Assembly: GCF_036321535.1 (NCBI RefSeq)
Contig: NC_087436.1
Location: 110,920,001-110,984,000, forward strand
Source of the DNA: Camelus dromedarius
Taxonomy: Eukaryota
DNA length: 64,000 nucleotides
Direction of reading: 5' to 3'
Position numbers and translations under genes: made by a program. Below, one piece after another: positions 12,255 through 23,794 of the stretch. Within the stretch, counting starts at the first letter, position 1; each line of letters opens with the position of its first letter. Below the pieces are notes generated by a model. It was not told the DNA's origin and did no database searches. It saw nothing but the letters and a program-made list of their open reading frames with translations.

Positions 12255-12643
12255 ACGGAGTGCTTGTCAGGGTTTGTTCTGCTCGTTCGTTTGTTTTGAA
12301 AGAACAGCTCCGCGGGACGAAAACCACACAGATAATATTTACATCGCTGTCCGGGCCCAACCGCACGTTGCTGTGCTGCTCGTCCAGGGCACGGTTTCCG
12401 TCCGGCCCATTAACTCATCCAACAGTTGCGAGACCGAACCACGGTGCTTTCCTCTGGCGGCTGCTCCACCAGCCCTGCCACCTGCCAAAGAAAACGCCGG
12501 CCACACCACCACCAACCTCTTCGGACGATCGCTCCAGAAAGCCTCCTCGGAAGGCAAATGGCTGCCCTGCCGGCGCCTTCCCAGGGTGCCGGGCGCGCGC
12601 ATGCGCCGGTGGGGACGCACCAGGTGTTTTCAACTCGTTTGCG
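12255..12643. promoter_or_regulatory. Small CpG island with a palindromic NRF1 motif (GCGCATGCGC, 12597-12606) and a YY1-like motif (GCAGCCATTT on minus, 12556-12565)
   Basis: About 35 CpGs counted by hand in ~390 bp, against a strongly CpG-depleted background; motifs seen directly. Confidence 0.7.
12276..12620 (-). pseudogene. LUC7L3: Processed 5'-fragment retrocopy of LUC7L3 (5' UTR plus roughly the first 48 codons; start ATG changed to GTG, frameshifted)
   Basis: The minus strand reads ...ggctggtggagcagccgccagaggaaagcacc GTG gttcggtctcg CAACTGTTGGATGAGTTAATGGGCCGG...gacgagcagcacagcaacgtgcggttggg...TGTAAATATTATCTGTGTGGTTTTCGTCCCGCGGAGCTGTTC. This matches the LUC7L3 N-terminus (MISAAQLLDELMGRDRNLAPDEKRSNVRWDHESVCKYYLCGFCPAELF) and its 5' UTR as I recall them. 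It is followed by a decayed A-rich tail (aaaacaaacgaacgagcagaacaaac). Confidence 0.9.
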
Positions 12644-12885
12644 AGAATCCTTATAAGTTAAAGATATTAACCCTTTGTCAGTTTTATCTATTGAAATATT
12701 TTCCCAAGATATTTTTCTTTTGCCACTTATTTTTTCCTAATTTTTCACATTGTAACTTTCAAAATGTATAATTTTTTTCTTTGTTAAATACTGCCTAAGA
12801 GATCTCAATGTATGAAGAAGATAACTAATGCATTCTATAAACATCTTGTCTTTAGCAGCTATTTTACATTCTAAAATGAGTTTAA

Positions 12886-13499
12886 GACACATGCACCCCA
12901 ATAGGCACATGCACCCCAATATTCATAAAAGCATATATACAATAGCCAAGACATGCAAGCAACCTAAATGTCCACTGACAGATGACTGGATAAAGAAGTT
13001 GTGATGTATTTATACAATGGAATACTACTCAGCCATAAAAATGAATTTGTGGCAACATGGATGGACCTGCAGATCGTCATTCTAAGTGAAGTAAGCCGGA
13101 AAGAGAAAGAAATAATACCCACATAATATTATATCTGGAATCTAAAAAGAAGATACAAATGAACTTATTTACAAAACAGGAACAGACTCATTAGACATAG
13201 AAAACAAACTCATGGTTACCTGGAGAGAAAGAGGGTGGGAAGGGATAAATTGGGAGTTTGAGATTTGCAGATACTAACTACTATATATATAATAGAGAAG
13301 CAAAAAGTTCATACTGTATAGCACAGGGAACTATATTCAATATCTTGTAGTAACCTGTAATGAAAAACTATATGAAAAGGAATATATGTATGTATATGGA
13401 TGACTGAAACATTATGCTGTACACTAGAAATTTGCACATAATTGTAAACAGACTGTACTTCAATAAAAATAAATACTTATAAATAAATAAATAAATGAA
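12886..13499 (+). mobile_element. 5'-truncated lineage-specific L1 (3' end with A-rich tail)
   Basis: 'gcaacctaaatgtccactgacagatgactggataaagaag...ggaatactactcagccataaaa...ctgtatagcacagggaactatattcaatatcttgtag...aataaaaataaa'; 'cacatgcaccccaata' is duplicated at the 5' junction. Confidence 0.9.
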
Positions 13500-13689
13500 A
13501 TGTTAGTTAATTTAGGATAGGTATATGTATTTGGACTCTAGCAAGAACAGAATAAACTCTATAATGGTAAACATCTTCCTTTCTAATTATCCTTCATCTG
13601 ATATGTCAAATACATTTGTAAACCATATCACTTATAACATTTTAGTACCGAGAAAGAAATGACAGTATGTGTGTGTTCCCCTCTGAGGA

Positions 13690-14270
13690 ACAGGAACACC
13701 ATCCACTGTGCAAGCCAAAGATTTTTGTGTTGTCTTTGACTCCTCTCTTTCCTTATATTCAACATCCAGTCTATCCATCAAGTCTCCCAAAACATATCTC
13801 CCAATATGTTCATTTCTCTCCCTCTCCATCACTGCTACCCCAACCCAAACTCCCACCAGAACTATCACAATAGCTCCCTGGTGTCACATCTCATCCACTC
13901 TTGCTTCTTCATCACCCATTCTCCACCCAGCAGCTAGAGTGATCCTCTTATAAGGTACACAACTTGTTCTCTTTCCCTAACTGTGCCCTAGAGTTAAATG
14001 CTCCAATCTTTGCATAGTTTGCAAGTTATGTTGTTAGGGAAGTCTCCTTTGGCCTCCCAATCACGCTATATGATACCACCCTATTTAATTCTCTAAACAC
14101 TAGTTGTCCGTCTGATTTTTTGGTTTGTGTTCACTATTTGCTTGCATATTTTTGTCTGCCCTCACTAAAATGTAAGTGTCATGTCTTCAGACTTTGTCTG
14201 GTTAACACAGTATACCCAGCACTAATAACAGTGCCTACACACAGCAGGTCCTCAGTTAATATTTATTAAA
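13690..14270 (+). mobile_element. L2 LINE 3' remnant
   Basis: 'cccattctccacccagcagctagagtgatcctc' and terminal 'acagtgcctacacacagcaggtcctcagttaatatttattaaa'. Confidence 0.75.
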
Positions 14271-14331
14271 AGGAGGAATTGTGAAGTATCTGGACATTAT
14301 CTAATATCAAAGAATTAAAAAGAAACTGAAG

Positions 14332-14500
14332 GGGGAGGGTGTAGCTCAATTGGTAAAGTGCATGCTTAGCATGCATGAGGTCCTGGGTTCAATCCCCAGT
14401 ACCTCCTCCAAAAATAAATAAACCTGATTACCTCCCCCATCCCTCAGCCAAAATAAAATAATTAAATAATATGATGATAAATAAATTAAAAATATTAAAA
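14332..14500 (+). mobile_element. tRNA-derived SINE (camelid Vic-1-like)
   Basis: Head 'ggggagggtgtagctcaattggtaaagtgcatgcttagcatgcatgaggtcctgggttcaatccccagtacctcc' with A and B boxes, A-rich tail, and a perfect 15-bp TSD aaaaagaaactgaag (14317-14331 and 14501-14515). Confidence 0.9.
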
Positions 14501-15301
14501 AAAAAGAAACTGAAGATTTGTGTTCAATATACAATACATAACTTTTAGAAAATTAGAACAACTCCAAAATAGACTGTCCTATCTCTAAAGTGGTATTCAA
14601 AAAAGAGATTAGACAACCACCTATTAAGAAAGCCAGGGACTTTTATTCCAGGAAATACAACCAACCTGCAATCTTCCTCCTTCTTTTACATTGTTTGCAT
14701 TTGCTACTGTGAACCTCTGCCCCTTCTCCAAACCTTGCCCTCCTTGGTCTTACTCTCTGGGCTGCCAACTGCCCTCAATCCTTGCCTTGCTCTTTGAAAC
14801 TGAGCTACAGTTTTGGCCTTCCTAGCTCCTCCAAATAATTTTTGTTCTTTAGGAATTAAACATAAAAGCAATAGCAGAGAATAGCTATAAACAGCAAATC
14901 ACATAACTTCTTCATCACCACTCCTAGACCACCCACACATATGTGCTAATAATTCATTGTTATCAGGTTCTGTTCCCTCTCAGAATTCCTAATATACACG
15001 GAAACATGTTTCTAATAGGACCTTTGTTCATATGACAGACCAATAACATCCATGAGAAGCATTTAAAAATGTCATTACAACATATAATTTCTCCCATAAA
15101 AATGGAGTAATTATTAGTGAAAAATTTCAACTGACCCTCTTCCAATTTATAAAGATTCTATAGAAACAGAAACAAAAGAATTTACAAAGTCATTAACATA
15201 AATTCTGTGACTAAAATAAGCTCCACGCTACATGTGCCTTAGCAAAATACCAAAGGATTACATTCTATGGATTTCCAGGAAAACTCAGAAATAGCAAGAG
15301 G

Positions 15302-15303
<2 letters not shown>

Positions 15304-15337
<34 letters not shown>
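15304..15337. repeat. (AC)n microsatellite
   Basis: Seen directly, about 17 units. Confidence 0.95.
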
Positions 15338-15341
<4 letters not shown>

Positions 15342-18300
15342 TTGCTAAAGCCAGTAATGTCAAGGTTTTCTCTCCTTGGCATCTTATTCAAGGATGCATT
15401 TTTACGCTTCCATGCCATGCTTTTTACATTTTCAAACAGCACCATATATAACTATAACTACGTTTGTTATAAACCATTTACTTGATGACTATGCATGCCT
15501 GCTCTTTTAAATCTGATAACTGAGCACTTCCAGGAGATTTATAATGTACCAACGATTCACTCAGAGCAGGTTTAAAAGTGTGCTATCCTCCAGCAGAGCA
15601 TTAGCCTTCACACCTGTTGTGAGGGACAAAGATACAGATTTTTCTAGTACTCCTCAGGACAATTAAGTACAATCTGTTGCAGGTAGAAAAAAATCTTCAG
15701 TCAATTGTTTTGAAAAGGGGCCTCTATGAATATTTTAATGTCCTTGGTCATATTTTTCAAATGTGAAGAATTTATATGTCCATATAAGGATTTAAGTCCA
15801 TTTCTACTTGTTTCTGAAAGCACTGTATACTCATATATCAGCAAGTGTATATGGAGCGATTTATTTGTAGAGGTTTGTCATTAAATTTACACCTTTCTGC
15901 ACTTGGAAAGTGAAGTGTTTTTTGAGAGTAGGCAGCTTGTTTATACTTATACACAACTCAATTTCATCAAAGATCCTTTATCTCAAATATACAAGTAAGT
16001 ACCCAAAGCCCTTTTGTTCCTATCAGGAAAATAAAGATATAGGTAGATTCAAGTCAGTAGAAACTGTCCAGTCCGGGCATTAATCCAGGGAACAGGTAGC
16101 TGGTAAAATTCACCCAAATTAAACTATTTCACTAACCTATCGGTATTCTCTACTGGAGCTAGTAATGTTTTAAAAGGAACATGCTTGAGAATAACACATT
16201 ATGCATACTAAATGATTTTGCTAACCTCAAATAAGATAAAATACTTTTTATATACATAGGAACCACTTATGTCCTTAGTTTTGCCCACTAGTTCCCCCTC
16301 TCAACAAGAGCTGGTCCACGCGCTTCCTCTGAGAATGACTTGTCAGTGTCTGACTGCTCCCTGTCTCCTGTGTTCTCCTCCCCCTCAGTCTTGTGTGGAT
16401 TGTGACACACTCATACATTCCTGCTATGGTTATTCTGTGCCTCTTTATTGCATTAGTCAGGCTTCCCTGCTCTGATGACTAGTTCTTAGAAGGTCACCTC
16501 GCCCTTCTCCTCTCACTACTGGCCCTTGCGCACTTCTTCCATCTTTTGCGTCTGCTCAGTTGATGCATTGTTTTCCACCGCCACTACCCCTTTCATGTTG
16601 AAGATACTTTGCCTTCCAGTGAACTTCCTGGAAAGCTCTTCATCTTTTCAGTCTGAATGTCTTGATAGGACAGGCCAAGGTTACTTTGTTTTGTTATCGC
16701 ACCACCAATCAGAGGATAATATTATGAGTATAAAGGAGGCTCCTTAGAAGAATGGCTACCCAACAAACTCATGGCATCACCAATAGCTGGCTTTATCATC
16801 TCAGTATTTACTAAGGTAAGAGCTCAACTGATAGGGCCCAGATGTACCCCAAAAGTGAATCTTAAATGACATAATGTGGGTGTCACACAGCTAAGGGGAA
16901 TGGGTTCAAGAGATCCATGAAATATTTCAATCACTCCTCCCATTTGGCTCCTCCTGAGCACAGTTCCACTGAAATACCCTCCCTTATATCACTCCATCTG
17001 ATGCTATCCATCCTTGAAGGTCCAATTAGTCTCAGTGCCCATAAGCACATCCTGTCCAGTTCTAAAAGACCAGTAACAAGCACATGAGGAAATGCCTCTG
17101 TGGCTACATCCAGCACCTCAGGGCACCTCCTGCCTTTTACTCCATCCTGCTTGCTCTATTCTGAAGTCTCTGATTCCCAAGATATAAATGATTATCTCTC
17201 TACCCAGACCCATTAAATTAACACTTCAGTAGTTACATGCTTGGCTCTCAATTCCAACCTCAGCCCTGGACTGTTGTACATACTGCCCTTGGCTCCATAT
17301 TCTCAGGCGAGGATTCTAGGAAACTAGACTGAAAACAATCCCTCATGGTGAAACTTAATTCTGATTAACATAAAAGATGAAAAGAAAACATGAAAAGACT
17401 AAAACACATACTCTGTGAGGACCTGTTTGCCCCGACACTGGCCTCTTAAAATACTTGGCTGACCGATCCAAGTTTTGATCACCTGCCACCATTAGAGTAA
17501 AACACAAACAGCATCCAACTTTCCCCTCATTCAATTGCAGTTCAAATTCATAACCTTTGAGTCTTTACCTGGTCCAAAGTTTTCATTCTGAGTCCTTCCT
17601 TGTATTTCCATCCCTCCAGATCTCAGGCTGGCGCTAGAGGTATACTCCTCGGTAATGGAGCCTCAGATTTCTTCAACAAACGTTACTTTGACTTATGCCT
17701 TTAATTCCCAAAATCCTCTGTCACTTTTGGTTGGATCTCTCTGTCATGACCTTGTCTTTACCAGTTGTAGTCCTGGAGGCAGAGAAAGGAGCACTGGGTA
17801 ATTTTTATTTCATTTTTAATTTCAATTCTTTTTATAATGATGGTGCATTGTAAGAGTTCTGTGAACTAAGTATAGGCTTCTTTAAAAAGAAAGGTAAGTC
17901 TAGGGAGAGGCAAGATCCCATAGACATTATACAGTACCACTCCAAAAAGGAACTTAAAACCATTAACGGTTACGTATCTGCTGTAAAATGGCATGTGAAA
18001 TTTATCCCCATTTAAAATATATAAAACATGTCCCAGAGTGAAAAAAAAATTACGTGCAAATTATATAGTCTGAAATAAAGATATTAATTAACTGGCTTTG
18101 AACTGCAGGCAGAATATCTGCAACTTAAAAATTCTTATTTTTCATCAACTCTCATCAACTCCTTTTTCTCCCACCTTTAATTTTAGTTTTATGTAAAAAA
18201 TAAAAAGTGAAATTATGTTACTTTCCAGTCAATGCAGAGGTTACCAGTTGAAATTCAGCCAACAATTCTAACCACTTTGAACTTGCATCTCATTAAAAAT

Positions 18301-18569
18301 AAAAACATTTACCAGTACTGTATTCCAGTTCCCTAGGTAACCAAGACTCCACTTCAAAAATGGACTGGATAGTCATAAGAAAGCATAACACACATATACT
18401 AAACCAAACAAAAGGCAATTTTACTTCATTTGCTAAAATAGATTTGACCAAGTGCTCATACATGATGGCAGATGGTAGCTGCATTAATATTTATGTTGGA
18501 CATGGCAAGAGAGGCTCAGAAGAAAAGGACTTCAGTTTGAAGAGTTATCCTTGGAAATAGGTAAAAGTC

Positions 18570-18940
18570 AAGTTGTCCATATAGAATGAGTACAGGCTCC
18601 CAAATAGGAGTGTGAATCCATACTCTGCCACAGATATCTTATCTTGGGTAAGTCTTATGTTTGCTGAACCTCAATTTCCCTATGAATTAGAACTAAATTA
18701 TAAGACTGTAACAGGAATTAAATGAGATAATGTTTGTAAATCATAATTACAGCTGCCATTTCCATACGCTTACCCTGGACCAGGCACGTATAACATGATG
18801 AAGTAAATATTGGCACCTCCACTTTACAAAGAAAGTAAGATTCTGAAAGTTTAGATAACTTGTCCATGGCCACACATCTGAAAAGTGGCAGACGTGAAAT
18901 TCAAAGCCAAAGCCTCAAAGTCTGCTCTGGACTATCCATT
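18570..18940. mobile_element. Two adjacent MIR fragments in opposite orientation
   Basis: Plus core 'gctgaacctcaatttcccta...ggaattaaatgagataatg' followed by reverse core 'ccactttacaaagaaag...aacttgtccatggccacacatctg'. Confidence 0.65.
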
Positions 18941-19024
18941 GTCCTGCAGAGGACAGTACCTGAATCACAGTAAGCATTCTAGAACGCTTTTTCTTATTAA
19001 TTAGTGTTGTAAATGCGAAGGGGC

Positions 19025-19143
19025 ACTTCAAGGGCTTCCAAGTTGCACAACTCCAGGGAAACCACTCACATCAGAGTCTACGTAAATGGCACACCCTGAG
19101 GAGTCATGCATTGCATAGCTAGCACTTCTGACCACGGTGACCC
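19025..19143. mobile_element. MER91-like palindromic hAT MITE
   Basis: 'gttgcacaactccagggaaaccactcacatcagagtctacgtaaatggcacaccctgaggagtcatgcattgca' resembles MER91A. Confidence 0.65.
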
Positions 19144-19921
19144 TAGGCACTATTTTTCATGGGTCTCTGTAATCAAGACAGAAGAGATGGAAATAGATTC
19201 AAAAGAGGATTAAAAGAGGATTTCTATTTATAGTGGGCCCATAATGTTTTGGCTCTCCCAGCATCTTCTGAACAGCTTTCATATGTTTGAATAATGCCCT
19301 AAATTACTACTCTCACCTCTCCAAGCTGGAATTCAACCCTAGTCCTTCTTGCTTAGGAAGTTTGAGTATAAGCATATATAAGCGTGGGGCCTGGATTGAG
19401 CCAATCAAACTCATCTACATTTCATTCCATAAGTGATCAATGTGGGGCACTACACCTGACCCTCTAACTGTTGACTCATCCCTAAATGTTTTTAATTTTC
19501 ACTTTTCCCATCTCCTTATAGCACAGCTCTTCCATACCAGGTCACCAAGCCTTGCTTTCCACCACCAAAGTAATCTAAAAGAGTTTTCTAACCAACGACT
19601 CTTCTCTTCCTAAATAACTCTTGCACCATGCCAGCTGTCAAGATAGCAATATTTTTCAGCCTGTTTTCATGTTATATATTTGATATAAGTGGATGGCACA
19701 TAGAAACTGCTAAGTAAATGTTAATTCCCTTACTGTCTTCCCTACACATCCCATTTCCTCTTCAAGAACGAGAACTGGACCTTAGTCTATTACTATGCCC
19801 AAAAGTGTCTGGTATTACATACCAGGAAGCATACAGCATGATGCCTTTGTGATGGTGGTGGTGGTGAGGACCCAGAACCACAAAGATAAGGCATTGACAA
19901 AAAAAGATGCTCACAACCACC

Positions 19922-20271
19922 TGCTACAGACTGAACATTTGTGTTCCCCCAAATTCATATTCCCAAGTAATGGTATTTGGAGGAGGGGCTTTTGGGAGGT
20001 GATAAAGTCATAAGGACAGAGACCTCATGAATGGGATTAGTGCCCTTATGAAAGAGTCCCAGAGAGTTCCCATGCCCTTTCTGCCACATGAGGACACAGC
20101 AAGAAGACAGCTGTCTCTGAACCAGGAGTCAGGCCTCATCAGACACCATATCTGCCAGCACAATGATCTTGGACTTCCCAGCCTCCAGAACTGTGAGACA
20201 TACATTTCTGTTGTTTATAATCTACCCAGTCTGTGGTATTTTTGTTATAGCAGCCTGAATACACTGAGACA
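19922..20271 (+). mobile_element. MLT1A-like MaLR solo LTR
   Basis: TG...CA termini ('tgctacagactgaacatttgtgttcccc' to 'gttatagcagcctgaatacactgagaca') and a perfect 5-bp TSD CCACC (19917-19921 and 20272-20276). Confidence 0.92.
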
Positions 20272-21974
20272 CCACCTATGCCTAAATGCTGCATTTCATT
20301 TTACAAGTGTCCTAGGAGAAGAAAAAAGAAAATTAAATACCAACTTTTATTAATAAAATATCTGTAGGGTGGCAGAGCATGGATTCACGCTCATATTTGG
20401 GAGCTTGTGTTCATGTAAATCCTCATGCATTTTGATTTTTCATATAATCCTTCAAAGTAGCAGAGCCTTCCTTCTATCTTGAACTGTTGTTCTCGGTTCA
20501 ACTGCCACTTTAGTTTCATTAAAACTCTCAACTGAGCATTCCCAAAGGCTCTCAACAATGTGAATTAATTCCTAGGGGCTCACCCCTCATCATCTGGTAA
20601 CAGAGCAGTAGTGAGGATAAGACCTACCTTGGGTATTAGCAGTTGCCCAAGCCACCTAGTCATAACCATTATTTATACAGACACCCTTCACGAGAACTTT
20701 AACCCCTTCTATTCTGTCAGTGACCTTAAGGCTTAATGAGTCTTAAAGTGTGTGACACCGTAGACAGATCACCAGTCTCCCAACCCCGTTCAAACTCTCC
20801 AGGTTAGCCAGGTTGGCCTCCTTCAAAACCTACAAACAACAGCTGATCACTCCTATCTGTTTGTGCATGTGCCCTTGCAGAATCTGCCCATCCATCCCTT
20901 CTTTGAAATTTCAGTGGAAGACGCCCCTTCTGTCTCTCCTCTAGCTCTGGACTGAACATGAGTAACTACTCAGTGAACATTAATATTTTGTCTCTGCAAT
21001 ATGCACTATGGTAGAACCTACCTCAGAGTTGTTCTCAGGGTTAAATGAGATAAGCTATGTAAAGTACCTGGCACTGCGCCTGGTACATAACAAAGCTCGA
21101 CAGAAATAGGTTTCCTGCCGTCTCCTCCTCCAGCCCCTAATGGTCTCTCTTCTCCCTGAACTCCTCTAAAACAGCATTTTATTTCTTCTTCCATTCATCT
21201 AGGCCCTGGTAAGCTCTTTTATTTAATTCAATCAGTTGTTTAATTGACTGAATTTGTCCAAAACCATTCTATGAAGTTGGGATGATGTACAAAATACACT
21301 CAGGGCTTGTCTTCAACAAATGCACAGTGTAGTAGGGGCAGTAAATTGTTTTAATTAAGCATAATTGTACTACAAGGTACTGTCTGCTACAAAGAAGTAA
21401 TGTATAAAGGACAGAGTGATAGACACTGCTGGAGAATATCAATGAAAAACCTTGGCAAAAAGACATTTAAGCTGGGTTTTAAATAATTAATAGGACTTCA
21501 TCATAGAATATAGCAAAAAAGTAACTCAAGCAGAGAAGAAAATTTGTCCTAAAGAAATAAACCACCATAGGAAAAAAAATCATACTTTTTAGGCTTGTTT
21601 AGGCTTGTTGTATTACTAACCATGATTATCAAGACCATATTTTTTAAAGCAAAAAGCAGGACACACAAATACAAAGAAAATTATAGGGAAAAATGGAACA
21701 AAATATTTAGAAAACCTAGAATGTGTAGTTGTCATTTCTAGGAAAGTAAAATAAATGACCAAAAACCTAATTATAAAAAAAATAAGAAAATAGTTAACCA
21801 AATCAAGCTATTATGTAGGCTTTAATAATGATAATAATAGACTAAATATAATGTCATTTCAAAGTTTTTATATAATCTAAAATTGAAAATTCTTATAATA
21901 TGTGAACAAAGACTTTAAAGGAAAATGTTTAATAAAAAATGACTGTTATTTGATGGGTTAGTGGTCATTACTTT

Positions 21975-23794
21975 TAAAAAAATTTTGATTGAAGTGTAGT
22001 TGATTTACAACATTAGCTTCAGTGGTACAGCAAAGTGGTTCAGTTTACATATACATACATATATTTTCATTCTTTTCCATTACATGTTATTACAAGAAAC
22101 TGAATATAGTTCTCCGTGCTATTCAATAGGTCCTTGTTGTTTGTCTATTTTATATATAGTAATGTGTGTCTTTTAATTCCCAGCCCCTAATTTATCCCTC
22201 CCCACCCTTTCCCCTTTGGTAACCATAGTTTGTTTTCTATGTCAGTGAGTCTGGTTTTGGTTTGTAAATAGAATTTGCATCATTTTTTTTAAGAGTCCAC
22301 AAATAAGTGATATCGTATGGTATTTGTCTTTGACTTTCGTCACTCAACATGATATCTCTGGGTCCATCCATGTTACTGCAAATGGCATTATTTCATTTTT
22401 TAATGTCTGAGTAATATTCCATTTTATTTATTTATATATATATATAATGTAATATATTATATATAATATCTATATTATATATTATATTATACAGATACAG
22501 ATATTATATAGATATAATATATATATGCCACATCTTCTTTATCCAGTCATCTGTTGATGGACATTTAGGTAGTTTCCGTGTCTTGGCTATTATAAATAGT
22601 ACTGCTGTGAACATTGGAGTGCATGTGTGTTTTCAAATTATACTTTTCTCCAGATATATGCCCAGGAGTGGGACTGCTGAATCATATGGTAAGTCTACTT
22701 TTAGAGTTAAGTGTCCTTGGATTGGAAGATATAATATTGTTAAAATGTCCATACTACCCAAGGCAATTTACAGATTCAATGCAATCCCTATCAAACTCCC
22801 AATGACATTTTTCACAGAACTGGAACAAAAAATTTTAATTTGTATGGAAACACAAAAGACCCTGAATAACCAAAACAATCTTGAAAAAGAAGAACAGAGC
22901 TGGAGGAATCATGCTCTCTGGCTTCAGACTATACTACAAAGCCACAGTAATTGGAACAGTATGGTACTGGTACAAAAACAGATACATTGGTCAGTGGAAC
23001 AGAATAGAAAGTCCAGAGATAAACCCATGCACTTACGGTCAATTTACAACAAAGGAGGCAAGAATATATAATGGAGAAAAGATAGTCTCTTCAATAAGTG
23101 GTGCTGGGAAAACTGGACAGCTACATGTAAAAGAGTGAAATTAGAACATTCTCTAACACCATATATAAAAATAAACTCAAAATGGATTAAAGACCTAAAT
23201 GTAAAAACAGATACTACAAAACTCCTAGGGGAAAACATAGGCAGAACACTCTTTGACACAAATTTCAGTAATATTTTTTTTTTGAGCCAGGTTCTAGAGT
23301 AATGAAAATAAAAGCAAAAATAAACTATTGGCACCTAATTAAGCTTAAAAGCTTTTGCACAGCTAAGGATACCATCAACAAAATGAAAAGACAACCTACA
23401 GGATGGAAGGAAATATTTGCAGGTGATATGACCAACAAGTGACTAATTTCCAAGATACACAAACAACAAATATAGCTTAATATCAAAAAAACAAGCAACC
23501 CAATCAAAAAATGGGCAGAAGACCTAAATAGACATTTCTCCAAAGAAGACATCCAGATAGCCAACAGGTACTTGAAAAGATGCTCAATATCACTGATAAT
23601 TAGAGAAATGCAAATCAAAAGTACAATGAGGTATAACCCTACACCAGTCAGAATAGCCATCATTAAAAAGTTTACAGATAATAAATACTGGAGAAGGTGT
23701 GGAGAAAAAGGAATCCTCCTACACTATTGATGGGAATGTAAATTGGTTCAGCTACTATGGAGGACAGTTTGGAGGTTCTTTAAAAAACTAAAAA
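21975..23794 (-). mobile_element. 5'-inverted (twin-primed) L1: 3' UTR on minus at ~21975-22705, inverted ORF2 segment on plus at ~22710-23794
   Basis: 13-bp TSD TGGTCATTACTTT at 21962-21974 and 23795-23807. The plus segment encodes ORF2 residues ([48 protein letters not shown]). Confidence 0.92.

Larger units (their letters stand above)
11620..12880 (-). mobile_element. Old L1ME-like fragment hosting a MIR and the LUC7L3 retrocopy
   Basis: 'ttttctttcgtgaactgcctttccacgtacctgtgctcattttccc' continues after the insert as 'ttataagttaaagatattaaccctttgtcag...aaatattttcccaag', colinear with the antisense L1ME 3' region. Confidence 0.7.

Noticed and set aside
12166..12771. 201-aa plus-strand ORF and the overlapping ORFs
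   Set aside because: They are antisense to the LUC7L3 retrocopy, extend into L1 sequence and are long because of high GC content; no recognisable protein.
14332..14407. tRNA-Ala-like gene (also near 50035-50105 and 50556-50630)
   Set aside because: Followed by a SINE body, A-rich tail and TSD; these are SINE heads, not tRNA genes.
15239..15485. ORFs around the (AC)n repeat, including a possible minus-strand first exon MAWKRKNASLNK... ending at CAA|gtgcgt
   Set aside because: The ORFs read through a microsatellite, the donor is weak and the peptide is unrecognised.
22425..22525. AT-rich quasi-palindromic tract
   Set aside because: A degenerate (TA)n expansion within the L1 3' UTR; low complexity only.
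22583..23663. ORFs of 162, 85, 96 and 112 aa
   Set aside because: L1 ORF2 fragments or their antisense frames; not host genes.
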